Origin: the human T2T-CHM13v2.0 reference genome, Homo sapiens | Direction: 5' to 3' (one strand) | DNA: 64,000 bases | NCBI RefSeq assembly: GCF_009914755.1 | Contig: NC_060938.1 | Shown: positions 40,794 through 53,743 of the stretch, one piece after another | How positions within the stretch are numbered: the first letter of the stretch is position 1 | How the letters are laid out: every line of letters begins with the position of its first letter | Position numbers and translations under genes: made by a program | Notes under the pieces: model-generated | The model's input: the letters and a program-made list of their open reading frames with translations, nothing else | Database searches by the model: none | Told to the model about the DNA's origin: nothing

Positions 40794-41057
40794 AACACTT
40801 TGATGGCCTCAGTGACCTGAAACACAAAGGCCAGTTCCACCCTTCTGAGATGCAAGTGGGAGAAAAACACAACCACTTCTGGCTTTTTGTTCCTGGGATC
40901 GAGTGGACGTGGGCAGGGGAGGGGCAGGAGGACGTGCTTTAGTCTTTGTTGTCAAGTCTACAATCAGCTAAATAAATATGTAAATAAAATGAACATGCAA
41001 GGTAGTGTTTTTTGTTTGCTTATTTTCCTGGCAGCTTGCCCTGCTTCATAGGAATAA

Positions 41058-41440
<383 letters not shown>

Positions 41441-41699
41441 AGATTTCTTTTCTTATCTGAGATGCCTTCCTCCATTCGTCCCATTATAAACCCCTGTGGA
41501 GCTCCTAGGTCCTCGAAGAGCCCAGTTTGGGGAACACTGGCCTCTAAAGCTCCACCCTCACCCATCTCTGTGGTTTATGTTTCTTTCTAGCATGTTCTTA
41601 ATCATGAATTCTTCTTTGCCGAGCAGTCTGAATAAGGTAATGCACGCTTCTCAATCTTTATCCTCGAGGACTAACTTAACTTTGGGTTTGTCCAGCCCT

Positions 41700-41893
41700 A
41701 CACTTAAGCCTGGAGTGGCCATTAGCCGCAAGTCACTATTTAAATAAAAATTAATTAACAATAAATATAACTAGAAATTCTTTTTCTCAACCCCGCTAGC
41801 CACACTGCAAGTGCTCCTAGCTGGATATGGCTATCCATATCAGCAGTGCAGACACAGACCATCATTGAAGAAAGTGCCACTGGGCAGAGCTGG
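41700..41893. mobile_element. MER33/MER3-like hAT-Charlie MITE
   Basis: GTGGCCATTAGCC...CTATTTAAAT...CTAGCCACACTGCAAGTGCTC...GAAAGTGCCACTGGGCAGAGCTG. Confidence 0.7.
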
Positions 41894-42099
41894 CCAGTCC
41901 ACTGAAATAGTCCTGTTGGTGTTAGAGGACAGAGGTGGTCATCACAGGATGCTCTTGTATTCCCTTGATGGCTAAGAGTTGATGAGTGATTCCAGAATTA
42001 TTGTGCATGGAGATTTGGTTTCATGGAATTTTCCATTAAGTAGGGGCAACTGTGGGTTAGTGAAATGAGAACCTGCCTAGTTATTCTAAAGCCTTGCCT

Positions 42100-42475
42100 G
42101 TTCAGAATTGAGGGACATTCTACAAAGCACTTGACCAGTACTTCTCAAAATTGTCAAGGTCATGAGAAAACAAGGGAAGAGTGAAAACTATCACAGACCG
42201 GAGGAGAGAAAGAAGACTTGACGAATAAGTGTAATGTGGTTCCCTGCATAGATCCTGGAAGAGAAAAACGACATTTGGAGAAAAACTGGCCAAATCCAAG
42301 TAAAATGTGAGATTTAGTTAATAGCAGTGCAGCAAAGGCCATTTCTAAGTTTTGACAAATGAACCATGTAATGCAAGATGTTAACAGTAGGGGAAACTGG
42401 GCAAAGAAACTCTCTGTACTATTTTTGCAACTTTTCAATATATCTAAAATTATTCCGAAATAAATCAAGTTTTTT
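42100..42475 (+). mobile_element. L1MC 3' UTR fragment
   Basis: AATTGAGGGACATTCTACAAA...CTCAAAATTGTCAAGGTCATGA...CTCTCTGTACTATTTTTGCAAC. Confidence 0.8.
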
Positions 42476-42667
42476 TTAAGTAGTGAGATTTTAATTTCTG
42501 ACTCTGTCAGTTACCAATGGTGGTGCCCTAAGCAAGTCTCTTTTCACCCTTCTGCTTCTCTTCTTTTCATCAGTAAAATATGAAGAATAGCATCTGCTTC
42601 AAAACACTGCATGAGCTGATAAACGCACCTTGAAAACTTGGAGGCAACATAGACGTTTGAGTATTGT

Positions 42668-43631
42668 TTTTTTTTTTATTATTATACTTTAAGTTCTAGG
42701 GTATGTGTGCACAACGTGCAGGTTTGTTACATATGTATACATGTGCCATGTTGGTGTGCTGCACCAATTAACTCATCATTTACATTAGGTATATCTCCTA
42801 ATGCTATCCCTCCCTCCTCCCCCGACCCCACAACAGGCCCTGTTGTGTGATATTCCCCATCCTGTGTCCAAGTGTTCTCATTGTTCAATTCCCACCTATG
42901 AGTGAGAACATGAAGTGTTTGGTTTTCTGTCCATGTGATAGTTTGCTCAGAAGGATGGTTTCCAGCTTCATCCATGTCCCTACAAAGAACATGAACTCAT
43001 CCTTTTTATGGCTGCATAATATTCCATGGTGTATATGTACCACATTTCCTTAATCCAGTCTATCATTGATGGACATTTGGGTTGGTTCCACATCTTTGCT
43101 ATTGTGAATAGTGCCGCAATAAACATATGTGTGCATGTGTCTTTATAGCAGCATGATTTATAATCCTTTGGGTATATACCCAGTAATGGGATGGCTGGGT
43201 CAAATGGTATTTCTAGTTCTAGATCCTTGAGGAATCACCACACTGTCTTCCACAATGGTTGAACTAGTTTACAGTCCCACCAACAGTGTAAAAGTGTTCC
43301 TCTTTCTCCACATCCTCCCCAGCACCTGTTGTTTCCTGACTTTCTAATGACCACCATTTTAACTGGTGTGAGATGGTACCTCATGGTGGTTTTGATTTGC
43401 AAAAAGCAATGACAACAAAAGCCAGAATTGACAAATGGGATCTAATTAAACTAAAGAGCTTCTGCACAGCAAAATAAACTATCATCAGAGTGAACAGGTA
43501 ACCTACAGAATGGGAGAAAATTTTTGCAATCTACCCATCTGACAAAGGGCTAATATCCAGAAGCTACAAAGAACTGAAACAAATTTACAAGAAAAAATCA
43601 AACAACACCATCAAAAAGTGAGCAAAGGATA
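42668..43631 (-). mobile_element. 5'-truncated L1PA (about PA4-PA6) with 5' inversion
   Basis: Poly(T), antisense 3' UTR and ORF2 end to about 43400, then a sense ORF2 segment 43401-43634; TSD TGAGTATTGT (42658-42667, 43632-43641). Confidence 0.93.
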
Positions 43632-44499
43632 TGAGTATTGTGAACATGATAGGTGATGCCATGGTTTTACTCTGATGCTAAGAGAGTGTATTGAGCTCTG
43701 TGAGGTTATATGGCTTGATTCTTGCCCTTGGGGAGCTTCCCATGCATTTAGTAGGGACTTTGAAGCTACAGGAGACACAGGAGGAAAGCAGTTGAGCTCA
43801 CTGAGCACCTCCCTTGTGCCGAACACTGGGCTAGATCCTCTTCCCTGTGTGAAATCATGAGACCCCTCCAGACTCCATGTGGTAGGTGCTGTTCCTGTTG
43901 GCAGAGGAGGCTCCGCAGCTCCAAAAGAGAAGTGGAAGTGGCTCCACCCTCTTTCTTTGTTTGCCCCTTGACACCTCACCCTGCTCCCTTCATGGCCACC
44001 CTTATGACCAACTTCTCATGACACCTTTGTCCAATTCTGTTCCTGGAGAGTGGGAGGGGACATATTCTCATTGGGGAGGAGCATGGAGGTTGGAGCCAGT
44101 GTTTGTGTCCAATGTCCTCCATCTGTGTTGTGTCATGTGCCTTTGGGCCCAATTTCACTGACCTTCCCATCTCCTAACCTGTCAGTGAGGCTGTCATCAC
44201 TGTCCTTTTTCTCAGATTATTCTTGGAAAGAGTGTTGCTTTCCACAGGAAAAGCCCTCAGGCAAGGTGAGCCCTCAAGGTGGGAGCTCTTGGGGTCAGGA
44301 GGATCATTCCTGCTCACCTGCAAATCCCATTGCCTTCCTGTTTCTGCTGATTCAGACATGCTCTGTCCTTAAAATGGAGTTTCTCCAAGTTTTATCCTGT
44401 GATTGATACTTAAGAAATTTCAAAACTCTTCAACAGCATCCCTGGGTCAAATTCCACCCCAGAGAATGTGTGCATGTATGTTACATGTGGCAGTGGCCT

Positions 44500-44509
44500 A
44501 TGTGTGTGA

Positions 44510-44541
<32 letters not shown>

Positions 44542-44545
44542 ATAC
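44500..44545. repeat. (TG)n microsatellite
   Basis: Directly visible. Confidence 0.9.
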
Positions 44546-46557
44546 AGATACATGCTATTAAAAAAAATGTACCCTAAAGGAGACATCTGCATAGTAATAG
44601 CATTGAACGCTGAAGAGAATGTGGGCTCAGGCCTTACTGCCTCTGGGCATTGGCCATGTGACCTTTAGCAGGTCATTCCCCTTCCTCAACCCCCATTTCC
44701 TCTTGTATACAATGGTGGCTGCTATGTTCTAAGACTGCTGGGCCATTAGACTGATCTCATGATAGGTTCAGTCTGCAGTGGGGCTTCTGGCACAGCACTG
44801 TGGGGGAGGTTAATAAGAAGTGATCTCCACCCTCTGATTTTACTCTCGGCCAGGTCCAACCATGGCAAGCCAAGGAAAGGCAATGTTGTTTCCTAAGGTG
44901 TTGCGTTTCATTTGACTCTCTCCTGAAATCGCTGCTGGGGTGAATGTCTGGGTAAAAGTGGTGCCAAGGGAAGGTCCAGTCTTCACTGGATGGGCTGCAA
45001 AGGGTCCTGGGCAGGAGGGGAACCCAGCTGTGTTCTCGGGCCATATCAGGGTTCCTAATCTCTTGGTTACACCGCCTCTCCGAAAGTGAAGACAAATGAG
45101 ACTGAGAAAAGATTAGAGGCAGATTGCAAAGTCCTCCAGGCCATATTAGGATCTTCCTTCTGGTGCCAATGAGAAAGATCCCAACATTTCTTGTGACCCA
45201 GAAGTGATCTTAATAGAACTGTTTTCGAAAAAGTTTAACTGACTGCAATGAGGAAGATAGATTGGCAGTTGCTCAAATATAACTTATAATAATAATAATA
45301 AACTCTTGGTTTTGTTTAATAACTACAATTGTGTCTGAATTCACCTCCCTATGAAACAGCAGATGTAAAAGAGCTTTGTGAAAGTGAAGAAGGTTATACG
45401 AATGCAAGGTTATTATTAATATGGTATTAGGTTATTGCTTTACATGGGGACAATTTCTTTGTTCTTGGAAGACTTTGAATAGAGAAAGGGTTTCTCCATT
45501 GTTCAGCATTTGCTATTAGGGATGAAATTGAACTGGTTTAAAATTAAACTCTTGTTCCAATTTTAATGTCTTATGTAATACCGGGATTTTTTTGTTTACA
45601 ATTTATTCCTGTTTCTGCAGGTGCTCCATGGGGTAGGATCCTGCACCTGAGAACGATAGCATTAATTTTGACAAAAAGGGTTTAAAAATATAAATGTCAT
45701 CGTCTCCGGCGTAGTGAAGGTGGCAATGGATGACAGAAGGGCATTCTAGGATGGTGCTCCAAAATAGAATTCCAGATGCCTCCTGAATGTTCCCAGAGTA
45801 CAGGCAGCCGTGCTGGCCTCATTTGCTCAGCCAAAGTATTCTGTTATTTAGAAACTTTCTGTGAGACTGGATGGTGTAGTGTAGGGTCAAGCAGACTGTT
45901 CATTACCTTTGCTGTCTTCTAATTGAATGGCTTTGGACAAGCCTCCTAACTTCCCTAAGCCTCAGTTTCCCCAGCTATAAAATTGAAAGATGGGAATAAG
46001 TTAAATTAGTTAATATTTTCAAAAAATAAAAATAAAAGACAAGCTCCACGAGGTCAGGGACTGCATTATTTTTGTTCTCTTTTCATCCCTATGCCCATTC
46101 TGTGAAGAGTTCACAGCCCTGAGGATCACCTGCATGCCACATTGATGCTGGTTTCCGGGGAAAACTTCCCAGCCCGTGGGATAGGATACTGACATGGAAA
46201 CTTCCTGGTTGGCTCCACTCGATCCAGGTAAACAGACTCCAGAACCATCACCACCATTATGTCTCCCCAACACACGTGGGCCTAGCTCTCTACCTGTTAG
46301 CCCTGCTGTCTTCATCTTGCTCCCAGCAGCCCTCCCCGGACTCCTGTGACAGCCCGGGAGCCACCATCCCTATGTGCATGTAGAAGACAAGGAAGTATTC
46401 ATCCACCAAGTCTGAAAGTTGTACCCATTGCTTCACTTGCATGCTGGTTGGAACTCAGGCAGGTGGACATCACTACCTATGGCAGTAGTTGACAAATGTC
46501 ATTTCACTCTATGGCCAGGAAGAAGAGGAGACAGGTTTTGGCAAACAGCTAGCACTC

Positions 46558-47200
<643 letters not shown>

Positions 47201-47935
47201 CACTCTCACCATAGATTGGCACCATCATATTTAAAAAATTTTCTCTCTGGTACATATAATTTTTTATCTTTTATTGAAATGTCAACTTATAGTTCCCTGA
47301 TTACCACAGAGGTTGGTAATTTGGACATTATTTACCATTCATGTGTCTTCTTGTGGGATTTGCCTGTTCATGACAGCTGTCCCTTTAAAAAAAATTAGCT
47401 TAATTGCTTTTCCATGTTAATTTGAAGATTTGTTTTGTTTTGGCATTACAGATATTGATACTTGTTTGGTTATATGTTTTCAAGGATCTTCTGAATTGTG
47501 CTTTGTCTTTTGTACTTTGCCCAGGATGCCTTTCTCTTCAATAGAGAGCCCCTCCACCACCTCAATCCATGCTGTGCACTCCGGCCCTGCAGGACATCCT
47601 TGGCCTTTGCAGCCTGATGTGCTCCTTTCTGCCGCCAACTTTCACACACACTGCTCCTTCCACCCAGAATGACTTCCTTCTTCCTCACTTGGCCCAGTTG
47701 AACCTTACCTATTTGCCAGATCTCAGCTTAAACGTGGCTTCCAGAGGGAAGCCCTCCATGCCTCCCTATTCCCCACCCAAGTATAGATCAGGTTCTTTAG
47801 TTACCTGCTCTCTTGGAACCATGATTTCAGAGCCCTGTCTCAGTTAATAATTGTAGATTTGACTGGGTTTCTGTTGTTTAGAACAGTGTCTGCACCTAGT
47901 CAGCACTCCATAAATATTTCTTAGGTGAATAAATA

Positions 47936-48164
47936 TAGACTGAGTATCACTTATGCAAAATGCTTGGGATCAGAAGTGTTTCAAATTTCAGATTTTTTCA
48001 GATTTTAGATGCTTTATATTTATTGGGGGAGCATCCCAAATCCCAAAATCTGAAATCCAAAATGTTCCAGTGAGCATTTCTGTTGAGCATTATGTCAGTG
48101 CTCCAAAAGCTTGATTTTGGAGTATTTTGGATTCTGGATTTTTAGATTTGGAATGCTCAACCTG
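47936..48164 (+). mobile_element. Tigger4a (MER46A) MITE
   Basis: TGAGTATCACTTATGCAAAATGCTTGGGATCAGAAGTGTTTC...GGAATGCTCAACCTG terminal inverted repeats; TA on the left flank. Confidence 0.88.
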
Positions 48165-48519
48165 CATATGTCTCTCAGCACCTCAAGAACACAGACATAA
48201 TATATGTTTAGTAATCTTTATCACCGTCACACAACACAGTGCTGGGGCCTTGTCCTTACAGAGACTCAATGAGTAACTAATGAATAAGTAAATCTCATTT
48301 TTAGTAGATCTGGTATACTAGGGCACTCCAGAATATTTTTAAATGAATGAATGTATGACTATATAATATCCTACAAAACTCAGATTATAGTAGGAGCACA
48401 ATATATGTCTCCCCAGTCTTTCTTAAGTGAATATGGCCTCTCCTGACTCACAGTTACATTAGAACATATTGTAACAGCAAATAACACTTTTTCAGTGTGT
48501 GTATGTCTTAGGTACCAAG

Positions 48520-48950
48520 CCGTATTAATCAGGATAATGCATGATAGATGCTGTAACAAACACAACCAAATTGTGGCTTAATTCAATAAAAATGGTTTAA
48601 TATATGCACACACACACACACATACACACACACAATTTCCCATTCATTTCACAGTTCAATGTAGGTCAGGTGGCTTTCTTGGTTGTCTTCCTAACCGGTG
48701 ACTTAGGGATCTGGATCTTCTCCAGTGCACGGCCCTGATGTATAGAAGGAAGAGAGTGAGTAAGCTAAGGCTCCAGTGGGAGATTCTAAAACACAGACAT
48801 AGCCTTGCATACATCTCCTGGGGCCACTGTCTATTAGCTGGAACTAGTCACATGGCCACAATATAAGTGCAAGGGAAGTTGGGAATTGTAGTCTTCTTGT
48901 ACCAGAAAACAGAAAAAGTATCGGGGAGTGTCCAGCCAGACTCTGCCAGA
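48520..48950 (-). mobile_element. Old MLT1 LTR with (CA)n
   Basis: GTATTAATCAGGATAATGC...GCTGTAACAAAC...GGAACTAGTCACATGGCCAC...GGGAATTGTAGTC. Confidence 0.65.
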
Positions 48951-49196
48951 AAACTAAAATGTGTTTAGAAAAAGCAGAACCTTTTCCTCTGCAACTCCCT
49001 TTTCCCCCTGAGTAGCATGGCCCAGTGAAGAAATTGAGGGCTTTGGGATCAGAGACAAAGGAGTTTGAATTTTACTTCTCCGCTCCCTACTGCAGATGAT
49101 TTTGTGAACTTGGTAAGTCTTTTAACCCTTGCAAGTACTACCCAGGTGAGGCTAAATAGGACTCAGATTTGGGTCTTGTTTATACCAGTCCACAGA

Positions 49197-49539
49197 GGTC
49201 TTAGTCAGTTTGGGCTAGGTGGCTTATAAAGTACAATAATCTATTTCTCACAGTTCTGGAGGCTGGAAAGTCCAAGATTCAGGCATCAGCAGATTTGGTG
49301 ACTGGTGTGAGCCTCCTTCCCTGGTCCTTAGGAGGTGACTTCTTGCTGTGTCCTCACAGGGTGGAGGGATCAGGGGTCTCTCTGGGTTCCCTTTTAGAAG
49401 GGCACTAATCCCATCCATAGGGGCAGAGCTGTGATGACCTATTCACCTCCCAACGATGCCACCTCCCGGTATCATCAACTTGGAGGCCAACATTTCAACA
49501 TATGAATTCTGGGGGGACACGAACATTCACATGGGTACA
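49197..49539 (-). mobile_element. MLT1A-like solo LTR
   Basis: ATTTCTCACAGTTCTGGAGGCTGGAAAGTCCAAGAT...ATTTCAACATATGAATTCTGGGGGGACAC. Confidence 0.85.
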
Positions 49540-50289
49540 AGTGCCTTTTCCTGGTCTCAGCTAGGCTGGCTGCACAGGGCTTAATGGGAACGCTGGCCTA
49601 CACAACATGCTCCCATTGTGCCATTTTAAACTGGCTGTGTTGAGAGGAGCTCATCCGACAATGTACATGAATTATCTTTGCTTCTTTGCTGCTACCATAA
49701 AATGCCTGGAAACCAGACCTTTCCCAAATTCCAGCTTGATGACAGGCCCCATTCTTTTTCTGTTTGTTGACATTGTATGGCTTGTTTTCTACCAGTGCAG
49801 CCATTGTGGCTGGCTCCCCTGGGGTTGGATGTTTTATTTTCCTTTGGCAAAGCTTCCTCCATTCTTTTCCCCACTGTAAGAGCCTGGCAAAAAACAGGCT
49901 TCAGTGAAATGGCCATCAGATCACTGTGCGCCTTGGCCCTGCTTGGCTATTTGTCTCTGGGGCACCTGTCAATTCAATTAAACAAGGTCAAAGCTGTGTT
50001 GGCTAAATGTATTATCATCACTTTTTAAATTTTTCACCTTATTGTAGGAAGTGGTAAGGGCATGAATTATAATTTAATTTCAAATCTCAATAACATACAA
50101 ACACATAGAAATATAGACACATCGCCCTTCCACCCATACATACACACACAAAGAAAATAAACTGGAAGAAAACATGCCAAAAAATTTATAGTTGTTATCT
50201 CTGAGTAGTGGGGGTTTTGATTATTTTATTTGCTTATCTATATTTTTCTATACTTTGCACATTTTCCAAAGTGGGCTATTATTATTTAA

Positions 50290-51445
50290 AGTCTCAGCAG
50301 AAAATACATGTCATTCTCAAAGATTAACTGAAGAGCGTTTAGTGAAGCGGCTGTTGACAGGTCTCAGGGTTAAGGCTGCTGTATTAGTCCTGAGAGGTTA
50401 AATCATACGACAGAAACAACAACAACAAAACACCCAAATCTCGGGCGGGGTATGGTGGCTCATGCCTGTAATCCCAGCACTTTGGGAGCCCGAGGAGGGC
50501 AGATCACTTGAGGTTAGGAGTTCAAAACCAGCCTGGCCAGCATGGTGAGATCCCTGTCTCCACCAAAAATACAAAAATTAGCAGGGCATGGTGGCACACG
50601 CCTGTAATCCCAGCTACTCGGGAGGCTGAGGCAGAAGAAACCCTTGTACCCTGGAGGGGAGGTTGCAGTTAGCCGAGATCGTGCCACTGCACTCCACCCT
50701 GGGTGACAGACTGAGACTCCATCTCAAAAAAAAAAAAAAAAACCACCCAAATCTCAGTTTAATTCTTGCTCATTATGTACATGTTTAGTAAATAGTCTAT
50801 GTTCTTCTTCACATTCTTTTTTTTTTTTTTTTTTTTTTTTGCCTTCTTTCTGGGGTATTGACTAATGGACCACCCTCTCTCTGGAATGTTGCTGGTCATT
50901 GTGAAAAAAAGAGAAAGAGAGCTCTGGTAGAAGCACAATATATATGTATTCCTGCACTGGCAAAAATGCTCCAAGCATATTCATATTGTCCTAGTAGACG
51001 ATGAAGAAATCAGGAAGCACACTCCTTCCTAGTATCAAGCAGAAAGAACCCAAACATTGGGCAAAACAACCCTGATAACCAGCAAGAAAATAGCAAGAGG
51101 CAATGACACATTTTGTGACTAGCAATAGTGGGAAGCTGTTGGTACCTTTGAGTCTGCTTTGAGTCTGAACCTGTTCCTGGAGCCTAGCAGGGGAGTGATC
51201 TCCATGGCATGTGGTAGTGAAGCACAGTGACTGCCAAGCCAAGGCTGTCAGGGAAGAGGGGTGTCACCTACTTCTCCTTCCTTCTGCAATCTGATCTTCT
51301 GATGATGCGTCCCTTTAAGAGAACCTGATCGGAATCCAGGGGACATGGAAGCCTAGGTAACATAATCAATATGATCAGCCTTCTTGGACACCTGACAGGG
51401 CAGAAAAAGTAGAGAGGATCTGGAGGGACAAAAAATAAACAGTAC
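50290..51445. mobile_element. Nested old LTRs (ERVL-type LTR containing an MLT1 at about 50380-51080)
   Basis: LTR-like termini and MLT1 motifs; family assignment uncertain. Confidence 0.45.
50443..50742 (+). mobile_element. AluS element (Sz-like)
   Basis: Dimeric Alu, GATCACTTGAGG; 12-bp TSD CACCCAAATCTC (50431-50442, 50744-50755). Confidence 0.93.
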
Positions 51446-51689
51446 AAGCTGGTATTAGTTGTAATCAGAAAATGAGGTGTTATTTATATAAAAATGAACC
51501 TCAGCAGACTAGAAATCAAGCAGCATCAGTGAACTTATTTTTACAGCCACGATTCTGAGCTAAACCTATGCTCAGCTTCAGGAATGTGGAGATGTTATCA
51601 GACATGGCCTGAGGCTCCCTGAAGAAGAGAGACATGTAACCAACAACTAAAACACAGGTAGTGGGTGCTATCTAAGAAATGTGGACAGG

Positions 51690-52002
<313 letters not shown>

Positions 52003-53099
52003 AAGAAATGTAGACAGGGTCCTTTGAGAGTCCTTTGTGGTGACATGTCTGTTCATGTCAAGGTGTACCAGGGTAAACCCACTTCCCTTTCTGACATTTG
52101 GATTTCCTGTCTGCGGAGTAAGCCTCGTTAATTCCAGGCTCAGAGCTATGATCCACCCAAAAACACTCCATTCCTTGTCCTAAGAAGGCAAAGTATTGCT
52201 TGCCTCTCTAGGTTTGAATATTTACTGAGATTAATATAAGATTATGCATTCCCTTGATTCTGATTCATTTCAGCTCATCTTGATTTGGAGAGGGTTTGGA
52301 GGTCATGGCCCTGTGCTTATTTGCTTATCTGTCCACATAGGCATGTGTGTGTAAATGTACACACACAAACCCATACATAGTTCCTCTTTACTGCTGCTGC
52401 TCCTCCACTTAGCAAACATGAAACACATCTTTCTGGCGCGTTATAGAAAAGGCTGGGAGGGGCTGGTTTTACTACATTAACTGAAGATGTGCTTGTGATG
52501 AATTATGAATGACCTAACATGTCTTAAATCATAAAGAAATCCAATTTAAGTTTCTACACACAGTTCAAAGTCTGCATTTAATCTATACTTTGCTCAAATC
52601 TATTGTGCATCTTAGTAGGTTTTGCACAGAGAAATGAGAAGCAAAATGTTGGGGTTTTGCATCAAGCAGATATTGACTAATACTTTCTGTTGCTTTTCAT
52701 AGAGAAAGATCTCTTTTTCATTTTCCTCTTTCTCTCTGTGTGTGTACATTTAATATCCAGTAGCAATAAATAGCACATCAGCCCAAGAGAAGAAGCCAAC
52801 TGCTATCTTTCATTCATTTCCACTGATGGTATAGATCTAGAAGACTCCTAGGAGGGAACAAAGAATCCAGTGCCTTTCTGTTGGCACATGTTCATTTCAA
52901 CAGAAACCCTTCTGTTTTAACTGTGTCTATTAAAGTCTCTTCTTTTTTGTGAGGGATTGGAGTGGGGAACAGTTTCCAGCACTTAGAATTTAGTAAAGAA
53001 TAGAGCAGTCATTCATAAATTCCATCTATGAAGTGTTTGGCTTTTTTAATAGTTAAATTCTTATGTTGAGATAATTGCAGATACACACACAGAGTCTCT

Positions 53100-53743
<644 letters not shown>

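Noticed and set aside
42727-43053. L1-derived ORFs (also 54860-55063)
   Set aside because: Fragments of truncated, mutated L1 elements; cannot encode a functional ORF2
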